Origin: Candidatus Komeilibacteria bacterium
Lineage (GTDB): Bacteria > Patescibacteriota > Patescibacteriia > UBA1558
Direction of reading: 5' to 3'
Length of the DNA: 64,000 nt
NCBI GenBank assembly: GCA_048538235.1
Contig: JBLYPX010000001.1
Coordinates: 200,013 to 264,012 of the forward strand
Made by a program: the position numbers and the translations under genes. The notes below the pieces were generated by a model, which was not told where the DNA came from, ran no database searches, and saw nothing but the letters and a program-made list of their open reading frames with translations. Shown here in pieces: positions 50,256 to 58,838 of the stretch; positions within the stretch are counted from its first letter, which is position 1, and each line of letters opens with the position of its first letter.

Positions 50256-51592
50256 TGCCAATTTCAAATAAGAAAAAAGAAAAGATACGATTACATCAAG
50301 ATAATAAGTCTCACGAAGAGGCTGTTTTAAAATTCCCACCTAATTTTTTATGGGGATCTTCAACATCTTCACATCAAGTAGAAGGAGATAATAAAAACAA
50401 TGATTGGTGGGCATGGGAGCAAGAAGGTTTAGCAGATGATCATCAGGTGTCTGGTAAAGCAGCAGATTTCTATAACAAGTATGCTGAAGATTTTAAAATG
50501 GCAGCAGATTTAAATCAAAACGCTCATCGTTTATCTATTGAATGGAGTAGGGTAGAACCAGAAGATAATAACTGGGATATGAAAGAAATAGAGCATTATA
50601 GAAAGGTATTACAATCTGCTAAAGATAATGGTTTAACAACAGTTGTTACTTTGCATCACTTTACTAATCCAATGTGGTTTGTAAACGATGGCGGTTGGGA
50701 ACAGAAAGACGCTCCAGAAATATTTCAGTCTTATGTTTTAATGATCATTAAACACTTAGGAGATTTAATAGATATGTGGATGACCATTAATGAACCTATG
50801 GTTTATGCATCACAAGGCTATTTAGCAGCAGCTTGGCCTCCACAAGAGAAGTCACCATTGAAAATGTATAAGGTTATAAATAATATGGCTAAGGCGCACA
50901 TATTAGCTTATCGCTCAATTCATAATATGTTAGATACTGAAGATTTTACAGCAAGGGTTGGTTTTGCAAATAATGTTTCTTCTTACCAAATATATAATAA
51001 GCACTCATTAAAAGATTTAGCTTTTATGCAAACTGTAGATAGTGTTTGGAATCATTGGTTTATGAGGCAAACGAAGGGTTGTAATGATTTTCTTGGGCTT
51101 AATTACTATTTTCATTACCGTATTGCTAAAGCTAAATTTTCTCATGTTCAGTTTTTTACAGACATTAGAAAAGAGAGAAGAGAAGCATCGGATGTTGGTT
51201 GGGAAATATATCCACCTGGTATTTTTGATGTAGTAATGGATATGTCAAAGTATAAGTTGCCAATATATATTACTGAAAATGGTATTGCAGTTGAAAAAGA
51301 TAATAAGAGAAGTAGATTTATAGTTTCTTATGTAAAAGAACTTTATCATGCTATTCAAGCGGGTGCTCCAGTCAAAGGATATTTCTATTGGTCATTGCTA
51401 GATAACTGGGAATGGGAAAAGGGATATAATGCTCGTTTTGGTCTTGTTAATGTAGATTTTAAAACTCAGAAAAGAACAGTTAGAGAATCTGCCAAAGTTT
51501 ACGCAAGTATTGCGGGACATAATGGCATACCTCATGATTTATTAAAGTTTGTTGGACATATAACATTAGGTGAAATAACAGTTAAAGAATAA
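50255..51592 (+). CDS. glycoside hydrolase family 1 (beta-glucosidase-like)
   Basis: FLWGSSTSSHQVEG, RLSIEWSR, TINEP, YITENG, WSLLDNWEW; ATG overlaps ROK stop. Confidence 0.95.
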   Translation: MPISNKKKEKIRLHQDNKSHEEAVLKFPPNFLWGSSTSSHQVEGDNKNNDWWAWEQEGLADDHQVSGKAADFYNKYAEDFKMAADLNQNAHRLSIEWSRVEPEDNNWDMKEIEHYRKVLQSAKDNGLTTVVTLHHFTNPMWFVNDGGWEQKDAPEIFQSYVLMIIKHLGDLIDMWMTINEPMVYASQGYLAAAWPPQEKSPLKMYKVINNMAKAHILAYRSIHNMLDTEDFTARVGFANNVSSYQIYNKHSLKDLAFMQTVDSVWNHWFMRQTKGCNDFLGLNYYFHYRIAKAKFSHVQFFTDIRKERREASDVGWEIYPPGIFDVVMDMSKYKLPIYITENGIAVEKDNKRSRFIVSYVKELYHAIQAGAPVKGYFYWSLLDNWEWEKGYNARFGLVNVDFKTQKRTVRESAKVYASIAGHNGIPHDLLKFVGHITLGEITVKE

Positions 51593-51593
51593 T

Positions 51594-52481
51594 ATGTGGA
51601 TATTAGTTGTTACAATTGGATATTTATTAAACGGCGCTTCTTCAGTAATTAATAAATCTTTATTAAATAAAGATATACCAAATCCAGTGGTATATACTTT
51701 TTATATTACAGCTTTGGGTTTATTTGTATTTGTTTTAGCACCATTTGGTTTTTCTTGGATAGGTCTTAATATGTTTTTAGTAAGTGCTTTAGCTGGTATA
51801 TTATTTACCCTTGGTTTGCTATATATGTTTATAGCACTTGTAAAAGATGAAGTGTCTAGAGTTACTCCATTAATTGGTGGTTTGCAACCAATATTTGTTT
51901 TTGCTTTAGCATTTTTTCTTTTAGATGAGAGATTATTATTTAACCAAATATTAGCTTTTGCATTAATATTGATTGGCGGAATATTAATTACTATTCAGTC
52001 TGGCAAAAGTACAAAATCTCAAGCTAAAATGTTTTGGCTTTCAGTATTATCTTCCTTTTTATTTGCAGCTTCATTTGTTTTAACAAAGTTTGTATTTAAT
52101 AATGTAGATTTTATATCTGGATTTATTTGGATTAGAATAGGTTCATTTATTGCGGCTTCAATATTTCTATTAAGTAAAAAGCAAAGACAAGCAATATTCT
52201 ATAATACTGGTAATGCTAAACAGGGTGTAACGCTAGCTTTCATACTTGGACAGGGAGCTGGTGCTTTATCTTTTATTATGATTAACTGGGCTATTTCAAT
52301 GGGAAGCGTAACACTAGTAAATGCTTTACAAGGCCTTCAATATGTCTTTTTATTTGTTATAGTATTTGTTCTTGCTAAGAAATATCCTCAACTACTAGAT
52401 GAGGATTTACATAAAAAAGTGGTTATACAAAAAATTATAGCTATACTATTAATAGCAGTTGGAATGTATTTTATTGTTTAA
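51594..52481 (+). CDS. EamA/DMT-family transporter
   Basis: About 10 TMs with twofold repeat; LDERL motif. Confidence 0.8.
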   Translation: MWILVVTIGYLLNGASSVINKSLLNKDIPNPVVYTFYITALGLFVFVLAPFGFSWIGLNMFLVSALAGILFTLGLLYMFIALVKDEVSRVTPLIGGLQPIFVFALAFFLLDERLLFNQILAFALILIGGILITIQSGKSTKSQAKMFWLSVLSSFLFAASFVLTKFVFNNVDFISGFIWIRIGSFIAASIFLLSKKQRQAIFYNTGNAKQGVTLAFILGQGAGALSFIMINWAISMGSVTLVNALQGLQYVFLFVIVFVLAKKYPQLLDEDLHKKVVIQKIIAILLIAVGMYFIV

Positions 52482-52482
52482 T

Positions 52483-53520
52483 ATGTTTAGAAGATTATTA
52501 GATATAATACAGAGAAAAAAAGTACTAAGGTTAAAAAAAAGATACCTTATTCTTTTAACAGCTATTATTATAATATTAATATTATTAATTATTATTTATT
52601 CTCTAAGCTTTAATCCAGGTAATATTGAATACGGTATGACCTTTAGTCATAAATATGCTAAAGAGCTAGGAATAAATTATCAGGATGCATTTGTTAATTT
52701 AGCAGATGATTTAGGTATAAAGAAATTTAGGATGATGGCCTATTGGGATAGTATTGAAATGGATAAAGGTGTCTATGATTTTACAGAATTAGATTGGCTT
52801 ATTAGAAGGGCAGATTATAGTGGAGCTGAAGTTATTCTAGTAGTTGGTAGAAGACAGCCACGTTGGCCAGAGTGTCATCAACCAGAATGGGTAGAAGATT
52901 TAACCAGATCTGAACAAATGCAAGAAGAGCTGGCAATGATTAAAGAGGTTGTTAATCATTTTAGGAAGTACGATAATATTATTGCTTGGCAAGTAGAGAA
53001 TGAACCATTTTTATCTGTATTTGGAGAATGTCCAGAGACAACAGATGAATTCTATATTGAAAAACTTAATTTAGTTAAAAGTTTAGATAGTAGACCAACC
53101 ATTATTACAGATAGTGGAGAATTATCTACATGGAAAAAATCTGCTAAATTAAATCCAATATTAGGCTCTAGTATTTATAGATATGTGTGGAATCCACTAT
53201 ATGGTGATTTTATTTACCCATTACCACCCGCATATTATAATTTTAAAGCAAAGGCTCTATACAAAACTACTCAATTAAGAGAGGTGTTCATATCTGAACT
53301 GCAATTAGAGCCGTGGACTTCTAAAGCTATTATTGATGTTTCTTTAGAAGATCAATTTAAGAGCATGAATATTAATAGATTTAATGATAGTATTCGCTAT
53401 GCCAAACGTATAGGTTTTGATAACATTTATCTATGGGGTGGTGAATGGTGGTATTGGCTAAAAACAACTCAAGGTGATGATAGTTTTTGGCGAGCAGCTA
53501 AAGAATTAATAAATAAATAA
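52483..53520 (+). CDS. membrane-anchored clan GH-A glycoside hydrolase
   Basis: N-terminal TM, YW..IE...G.YDF, WQVENEP acid/base, SELQLEPW nucleophile region. Confidence 0.75.
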   Translation: MFRRLLDIIQRKKVLRLKKRYLILLTAIIIILILLIIIYSLSFNPGNIEYGMTFSHKYAKELGINYQDAFVNLADDLGIKKFRMMAYWDSIEMDKGVYDFTELDWLIRRADYSGAEVILVVGRRQPRWPECHQPEWVEDLTRSEQMQEELAMIKEVVNHFRKYDNIIAWQVENEPFLSVFGECPETTDEFYIEKLNLVKSLDSRPTIITDSGELSTWKKSAKLNPILGSSIYRYVWNPLYGDFIYPLPPAYYNFKAKALYKTTQLREVFISELQLEPWTSKAIIDVSLEDQFKSMNINRFNDSIRYAKRIGFDNIYLWGGEWWYWLKTTQGDDSFWRAAKELINK

Positions 53521-53521
53521 T

Positions 53522-54358
53522 ATGAAACAAGTATATATATTAAAAGCAGATGGTAGTACAAGACAATTTAGTTTTAAAAAATTAGTAAAATCTGTTAATA
53601 GATCTGGCGCATCAAGAGAGCAGGCTAATGCAATTGCTAAAGCTGTGCTAGATAAATTACCACCAAAGGTAACTACTAATCAGATTTATGATTTAATATA
53701 TAAAGAGTTAAGAGGTGCTAAGATGCACCCAACAGCTCAGTTATATTCTTTGCGTAAATCTTTATCTGATCTAAAGCCAGAAGAGTGGGAAAAATATACT
53801 GCTAAACTATTCTCATACTACGGGTATAAAACAGAGTGGAATAAAATAATACCAGGTGCAGCAGTTGAGCATCAGGTGGATGTAATAGCAACCAAAGGTA
53901 ATAAACAATGGTTAATTGAATGTAAGCACCATTATGATTACCATAACGATACAGGTCTTGGTGAGGTGTTAAGAGTACAAGCAAGACTTGAAGATATACA
54001 AGATGGGTTTAAAAAGAAAACAACTAAGTATAATTTTACAGGTGCATGGCTAGTCGTTAACACAAAGTTTTCTGATCATGCTAAAAGATATGCAGCTGCT
54101 AAAAAAATGAATCTTAGCGGTTGGAAATATCCAGATCAATATAGTTTAGAAAGACTTATCCAAGATCAATCTGTATTTCCAGTTACAATTTTAAATGTAG
54201 ATAAAAAGACAAAGAATTTCCTACTACACAATGGTATTTTTACAATTCAAGATATTTTAGAAATGCCACCAAAATTGAGTAGAATATTAGATAATAAGAA
54301 GTTAGACAGATTGGTTAAACAGGTAAATCAACTATTAGAATATTCAGGTAATTTGTAA
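53522..54358 (+). CDS. ATP-cone domain fused to Mrr-like PD-(D/E)XK endonuclease
   Basis: ILKADG...FSFKKL..SV..SGA..TTNQIY ATP-cone; WEKY..EHQVDVIA..LIECK, LVVNTKFS nuclease motifs. Confidence 0.8.
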   Translation: MKQVYILKADGSTRQFSFKKLVKSVNRSGASREQANAIAKAVLDKLPPKVTTNQIYDLIYKELRGAKMHPTAQLYSLRKSLSDLKPEEWEKYTAKLFSYYGYKTEWNKIIPGAAVEHQVDVIATKGNKQWLIECKHHYDYHNDTGLGEVLRVQARLEDIQDGFKKKTTKYNFTGAWLVVNTKFSDHAKRYAAAKKMNLSGWKYPDQYSLERLIQDQSVFPVTILNVDKKTKNFLLHNGIFTIQDILEMPPKLSRILDNKKLDRLVKQVNQLLEYSGNL

Positions 54359-54669
54359 TGTTTTTTAGAAAGTTTAAACGGACTATAGAAGATTTTGTTT
54401 GCGAGAATTGTGAACAAGAAGTGAAGGGTAATGGCTATACTAATCATTGTCCTAATTGTTTGTATTCAAAACATGTAGATATATATCCTGGAGATAGAGC
54501 AGAAGAGTGCCAGGGCATGATGAAACCAATAGACTCTGTTATGGAAAAAGGAGATATATATATTGTTCATGAGTGTGTTAAGTGTGGTTTCCAAAAAAGA
54601 AATAAATTTCAAAAGCAAGATAGTCAGGAGGCATTACAAAATATTAATAAAGAAAAAATATATGGTTAA
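54358..54669 (+). CDS. RNHCP-domain zinc-finger protein
   Basis: CENC..YTNHCPNCLYSKHVD..PGDRA..C..HECVKC. Confidence 0.88.
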   Translation: MFFRKFKRTIEDFVCENCEQEVKGNGYTNHCPNCLYSKHVDIYPGDRAEECQGMMKPIDSVMEKGDIYIVHECVKCGFQKRNKFQKQDSQEALQNINKEKIYG

Positions 54670-55186
54670 AATATCTGTGGGTAGTGCTAACCCAGTTAAA
54701 ATTAAAGCTTGTGAAGAGGTTGCGAAAAAAGTTTGGCAAGATGTTGAAGTGGTAAATCATGATGTAGATTCTGGAGTATCAGATATGCCAATGAATGAAG
54801 AGGAGTCAATTAAGGGAGCTATTAATAGAGCTAGCGGTGCTAGAGAAAAAGCAGACGCAGATTATGGTTTTGGTTTGGAAGGTTCTGTTACAGAAATTGA
54901 AGATAAAATGTTTTTAACTGGTTGGGTTGCTGTTGTTAATAGAGAAGGGGAGATTGGTATTGGTTCTGGTGGACACATATTATTACCAGAAGCAATTGCA
55001 GACAGAATAAGAGGTGGAGAAGAATTAGGACCTGTTATGGATGATATCTTACATAAGACAAATACAAAGCAAGGACAAGGTGCAGTTGGAACACTAACTG
55101 GTGGTCTTAAACCCAGACAACAATCATTTGAAGATGGTGTACTATACGCCTTAACAAAATTTATTAAACCAGATTTATATAAGTAA
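54662..55186 (+). CDS. yjjX: inosine/xanthosine triphosphatase (YjjX family)
   Basis: VGSANPVKI, SGVSDMP, GAINRA, GLEG, ELGPVMD, GAVG.LT; start at 54662. Confidence 0.9.
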   Translation: MVKISVGSANPVKIKACEEVAKKVWQDVEVVNHDVDSGVSDMPMNEEESIKGAINRASGAREKADADYGFGLEGSVTEIEDKMFLTGWVAVVNREGEIGIGSGGHILLPEAIADRIRGGEELGPVMDDILHKTNTKQGQGAVGTLTGGLKPRQQSFEDGVLYALTKFIKPDLYK

Positions 55187-55189
55187 AAG

Positions 55190-55219
55190 AAAAACCCTCG
55201 AACATTGTCGAGGGTTTTT
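55190..55219. terminator. bidirectional terminator
   Basis: aaaaaccctcga..tcgagggttttt. Confidence 0.8.
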
Positions 55220-55229
55220 GTAAAAAAGC

Positions 55230-55499
55230 CTATTTTCCAGATAAATGTCTTGCGCTAACACCGAAACCTCTGAAACCAGAGTAGATGAGTAACATTACTC
55301 CAATTACCATGAGCCAGGGGTGGTCGAATAGCAATTCTAGCGAATCACCGAAATTGCTACCATTATCGTAGCTATTACCGGGGTCGAAATAGAAGGCAAG
55401 AGAGACAAAGCAGGCGAGTATCCACGCGATTGTCAGGGTTGAATACACACTGGTTAAAACCTGGATTGTTTTGGCTAATCTGCTGAAAAAAGTTGTCAT
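55230..55499 (-). CDS. small 2-TM hypothetical protein
   Basis: Own promoter TTGACA-17-TATACT, AAGGAG SD. Confidence 0.7.
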   Translation of the reverse strand: MTTFFSRLAKTIQVLTSVYSTLTIAWILACFVSLAFYFDPGNSYDNGSNFGDSLELLFDHPWLMVIGVMLLIYSGFRGFGVSARHLSGK

Positions 55500-55608
55500 G
55501 TAAGACTCCTTTGTTTTTTTTGTGAAATGTTCAAATCAATAATAACAGTATAGCATATATATACTAATTTGTCAATAGTAAGCAAAACTCCGTAGATTAT
55601 ACGGAGTT

Positions 55609-55839
55609 TTAGTATTGTTTGTGGCAATGTTCGTCTTCCCAGCGTGCATAACGCATTAAAGCGGTAAATGCTAGGAAAGCAACAACAACGCTCAATATCC
55701 ACCAATTTTTGGCGAAATTTAGGGTGTATGTAACCCATTCTATCTCGTATTTACTCTCATGTTGAATAAGAAGAGCAAATAGGACGAAACCAGTGCAAAT
55801 ACTAGCTAGTATTTGTAAAACAGTGTAGATGGTTTTCAT
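55609..55839 (-). CDS. small 2-TM hypothetical protein, probable paralog of neighbour
   Basis: AAGGGGG SD; QILASI/QVLTSV and WW/PW similarity. Confidence 0.65.
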   Translation of the reverse strand: MKTIYTVLQILASICTGFVLFALLIQHESKYEIEWVTYTLNFAKNWWILSVVVAFLAFTALMRYARWEDEHCHKQY

Positions 55840-55994
55840 CTTAGCCCCCTTATTTTTTTAAGAACTATTACTTAATAATTAGCATGTAATAAGAGTTTTG
55901 TCCATTTTTTGTTTATTGACAATAGTTAGGTGTACATATTATTCTCTTAGTAGAGGTTAATTTGATCTTTGAAAAAAATAGGGAGGAAAAATAA

Positions 55995-56963
55995 ATGAAT
56001 TCAAAATGTGTTTTGGTTATATCCAATAAAGTAGATGTGCATGCAGATAGTGTTATTGATGCACTCTATACTCTAGGCGCAGAAGTTGTTCGGCTTAATA
56101 CAGAAGATTTTAGGCAGGCTAGATATTGTCTAAGTATAGGTAATAATGGACTAGCCTTTGATTTTGAAACGTCAGGTGGTAGGGCAATAGCTCCTAAGGA
56201 TGTTCACAGTGTCTATGTTAGGAGGATTAGTCGAATAAATACTGACGATGTTGAGGATGATTACAAACAGTTGGTTAGTGATGAGAGCGAGGTTTTATTA
56301 AATGCCTTTTGCGAGCTTTTCTCAGAATCTAAATGGCTTGATTTTCCTCAGTATAGAATCGCTGCTTCAAACAAAATCTTGCAGTTGATGGCTGCAAGGG
56401 AAAGTGGGTTTGCAATACCTTCAAGTGTCATAACTAATAATGAAGAATCAGCTAAAAAGTTTTTAGCAGAAGGCGAGTCAATATTCAAGACATTACGATA
56501 TCCAATAGTTGATTTTGGTGAGAGGGGTGTAGGAATGATAAACACCACTCTTATTAGAGATGATTTGATTGACTCAGTTTGTAGTCAGGTTTCCGTGACT
56601 GCAAATTATTTTCAACACTATGTCTCTAAATTGTATGAATTACGCGTTCATGTAATAGGAGGAGATATAGTTGCTGTGAAAATAGAATCTCAAAGTAATG
56701 CAGATTCTAAAATTGATTGGAGGGTTGCTGATTTTGATTATTTAGATTATGAAGAGGTGGTATTGCCAGGTCGTGTGCAAGGAATGATTCTTGAATTTAT
56801 GGCCAGATTGCGTCTCAATTTCGGGGTATTAGATATGATTGTAACCCCTGAAGAGGAATATGTTTTCTTAGAAATCAACCCAAATGGTAATTGGACTTGG
56901 TTGGAGCCGCACCTGAACACTTCTGTGAGCCACAAAATTGCCAGTTGGTTGGTTAAAGAATAG
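55995..56963 (+). CDS. ATP-grasp RiPP maturase (MvdC/MvdD-like graspetide ligase)
   Basis: VLVIS..D.HAD..V..L...VVRLNTE, ASNKILQL, IFK, FQHYVSK.YELRVHVIG, DWR, FGVLDMI, FLEINPNGNW.WLE. Confidence 0.88.
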   Translation: MNSKCVLVISNKVDVHADSVIDALYTLGAEVVRLNTEDFRQARYCLSIGNNGLAFDFETSGGRAIAPKDVHSVYVRRISRINTDDVEDDYKQLVSDESEVLLNAFCELFSESKWLDFPQYRIAASNKILQLMAARESGFAIPSSVITNNEESAKKFLAEGESIFKTLRYPIVDFGERGVGMINTTLIRDDLIDSVCSQVSVTANYFQHYVSKLYELRVHVIGGDIVAVKIESQSNADSKIDWRVADFDYLDYEEVVLPGRVQGMILEFMARLRLNFGVLDMIVTPEEEYVFLEINPNGNWTWLEPHLNTSVSHKIASWLVKE

Positions 56964-56976
56964 AAAGGAGGTTAGT

Positions 56977-57132
56977 ATGAGACCGGTAGCGGCTCTCTTT
57001 GTTGGTAGACCCATAAAAAAAAGTTTACCCAAATTGAGTTACGACAGCAGTCGGCAACTAAATAGCAACTGGAAGGAGGTTGCTGAAAGAACGCCGACTT
57101 ACCGAAGTGATACAGATGATCATGACGCATGA
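56977..57132 (+). CDS. putative graspetide precursor peptide (51 aa)
   Basis: AGGAGG at 56966 before ATG; MRPVAALF leader, YDSSRQLN motif, Thr/Ser/Asp-rich C-terminus TPTYRSDTDDHDA; directly after the ligase. Confidence 0.8.
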   Translation: MRPVAALFVGRPIKKSLPKLSYDSSRQLNSNWKEVAERTPTYRSDTDDHDA

Positions 57133-57149
57133 TCGTATTGCTCAACAAT

Positions 57150-57182
57150 AAGAGCGCAGTCTAATGTACTGCGCTCTTTTTC
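57150..57182 (+). terminator. terminator closing the ligase-precursor unit
   Basis: aagagcgcagt..actgcgctctt plus T run. Confidence 0.8.
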
Positions 57183-58015
57183 TGTAATATCTTTTTTGCC
57201 GGATAACTTGAATTTAACTGATCACTTTCTGCTATAGTGTTTATCAGTTTTATTAGATCTTCATTCAGCAGTAGTAAGTGGTTTGGCAGTAATGACATTA
57301 GTGATAGGGCTTTGTTTCTAACAGCTGAACAGGGTAGGTATAGTGTTTTTGTTGTTAATATATTTAGTATTTTACTTTGCATTTTGGTTTCTAGCTTTTG
57401 CATTATGGGAATTAACATTAACAGAACTATGTTTTTATTGTGCTCGTTCTTTCCATTCAAGACACTAATTATTGTATTTAATAGTTTGTTATTTTTTGTT
57501 GCCCATTGCATTGCATACAAATCGTTGTAAGATATATTGTTTGATTCTAAATAGGGGTTGTAGTTTTTGTCTGTAACAAGCTCATGAATTTTATTTTCTA
57601 TAGATTTCAATTTCTTATCTTGAGAATAGAGTATGTTATTAATAATAGAGTATTGAATATTGGATGAGTTTTTTTCAAATAGCTCTGATGATAGCTTTTT
57701 GTGGCGTTCCACTAAAGTGTTTATTTTAGCACTTTTTGAAAGAGTTTGGTGTTTGTTAGGGTCTTGTGGATCTTTAGATATATCAATGCTTATTACTGTG
57801 AATCCTTTATCTGGGTATAGTGGATTCATTGTTGCTAACACTTGCCAATCATCTTTGTTTAATTGGTCGCGTATGTTATTTAGTAGATTGTCAAATTCTG
57901 TTACAGAGTATTTTTTGCTTATATATTGATCAACAAGCAGAGTATTTTTAAATAGTTTGGGAAGATTTTGTCCGTCATATTCCCATAATTCGATGTTTTT
58001 TAGCAGATATTTCAT
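57161..58015 (-). CDS. hypothetical protein with helical-repeat-like C-terminus
   Basis: 284-aa ORF; ATG 6 nt after TGCTATAAT; AVRNKAL..L, YPAKKIL patterns. Confidence 0.65.
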   Translation of the reverse strand: MKYLLKNIELWEYDGQNLPKLFKNTLLVDQYISKKYSVTEFDNLLNNIRDQLNKDDWQVLATMNPLYPDKGFTVISIDISKDPQDPNKHQTLSKSAKINTLVERHKKLSSELFEKNSSNIQYSIINNILYSQDKKLKSIENKIHELVTDKNYNPYLESNNISYNDLYAMQWATKNNKLLNTIISVLNGKNEHNKNIVLLMLIPIMQKLETKMQSKILNILTTKTLYLPCSAVRNKALSLMSLLPNHLLLLNEDLIKLINTIAESDQLNSSYPAKKILQKKSAVH

Positions 58016-58065
58016 GTATATATTATAGCACCATTTTTTTATTATTGAATTATCCACAACTTTAG

Positions 58066-58093
58066 TTGACATAAATTATACAGTTGCTACAAT
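58066..58093 (+). promoter_or_regulatory. sigma70 promoter of hrcA operon
   Basis: TTGACA-16nt-(TGc)TACAAT; DnaA box TTATCCACA at 58050. Confidence 0.7.
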
Positions 58094-58096
58094 ATA

Positions 58097-58123
58097 TTAG
58101 CACTCTTAAGTAGAGAGTGCTAA
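58097..58123 (+). promoter_or_regulatory. CIRCE element
   Basis: Perfect TTAGCACTC-N9-GAGTGCTAA. Confidence 0.97.
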
Positions 58124-58133
58124 TGAAAGAATT

Positions 58134-58838
58134 ATGGAATTAGACAAGAGAAAGTCACAATTATTCAATACTATTGTAACAGAGTATATTAAAACCGCAG
58201 AACCTGTTGGTTCTAAACCTTTGGCTGGTAAAGGTAAGTTAAAAGTATCATCAGCAACTATTCGTAATGAGATGGCTGAGCTTGAAAAACAAGGACTTGT
58301 TTGTCAGCCACATACTTCAGCTGGTCGTATACCAACAGAAGATGGTTGGAAGTACTATTTAGACAACTTTCTTAAAAAATCTAAATTAAGTAGTGCTGAT
58401 CAAAAAAAGATAGAGAAGTTTATTAGTAAATTAAAAAAATCTGAACTAGAAATATTAATTAAAGAAATGGCTAAAGATATCGCAGATATGGTAGATGGAG
58501 CAGTCGTGGTTGCTCTTTCACCGAATCATGTATATTACACAGGCATTAGTAATATTTTTAAGCAGCCAGAGTTCTTTCATCCAGACATGGTACTTAATAT
58601 GAGCCAGATTATTGATCATTTAGATTCTGTAATGGGAAATATTTTTGACAAAGTTTCAGAACCAACTATTTTGGTTGGTAAAGATAATCCTTTTGGACAT
58701 GACACTGGAGTTGTTTTAACAAAGTATAGTTTGAATAATGAGGTTGGTATATTCGGAATACTTGGTCCAGTTAGAATGGATTACCAGAGGAATTATAATA
58801 TTATTAATTTTTTAACAGATAGTTTTCAAAATGCCTAA
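58134..58838 (+). CDS. hrcA: heat-inducible repressor HrcA (short form)
   Basis: EPVGSK, SSATIRNEMAELE, PHTSAGRIPT, ILGPVRMDY. Confidence 0.93.
   Translation: MELDKRKSQLFNTIVTEYIKTAEPVGSKPLAGKGKLKVSSATIRNEMAELEKQGLVCQPHTSAGRIPTEDGWKYYLDNFLKKSKLSSADQKKIEKFISKLKKSELEILIKEMAKDIADMVDGAVVVALSPNHVYYTGISNIFKQPEFFHPDMVLNMSQIIDHLDSVMGNIFDKVSEPTILVGKDNPFGHDTGVVLTKYSLNNEVGIFGILGPVRMDYQRNYNIINFLTDSFQNA

Noticed and set aside
42629-56976. Track start sites for perR (42629), ahpC (43224), rpmG (44471), yjjX (54563) and the precursor (56938)
   Set aside because: The upstream extensions overlap promoters, rubredoxin, a tRNA or neighbouring genes; downstream ATGs fit family N-termini or SD spacing better
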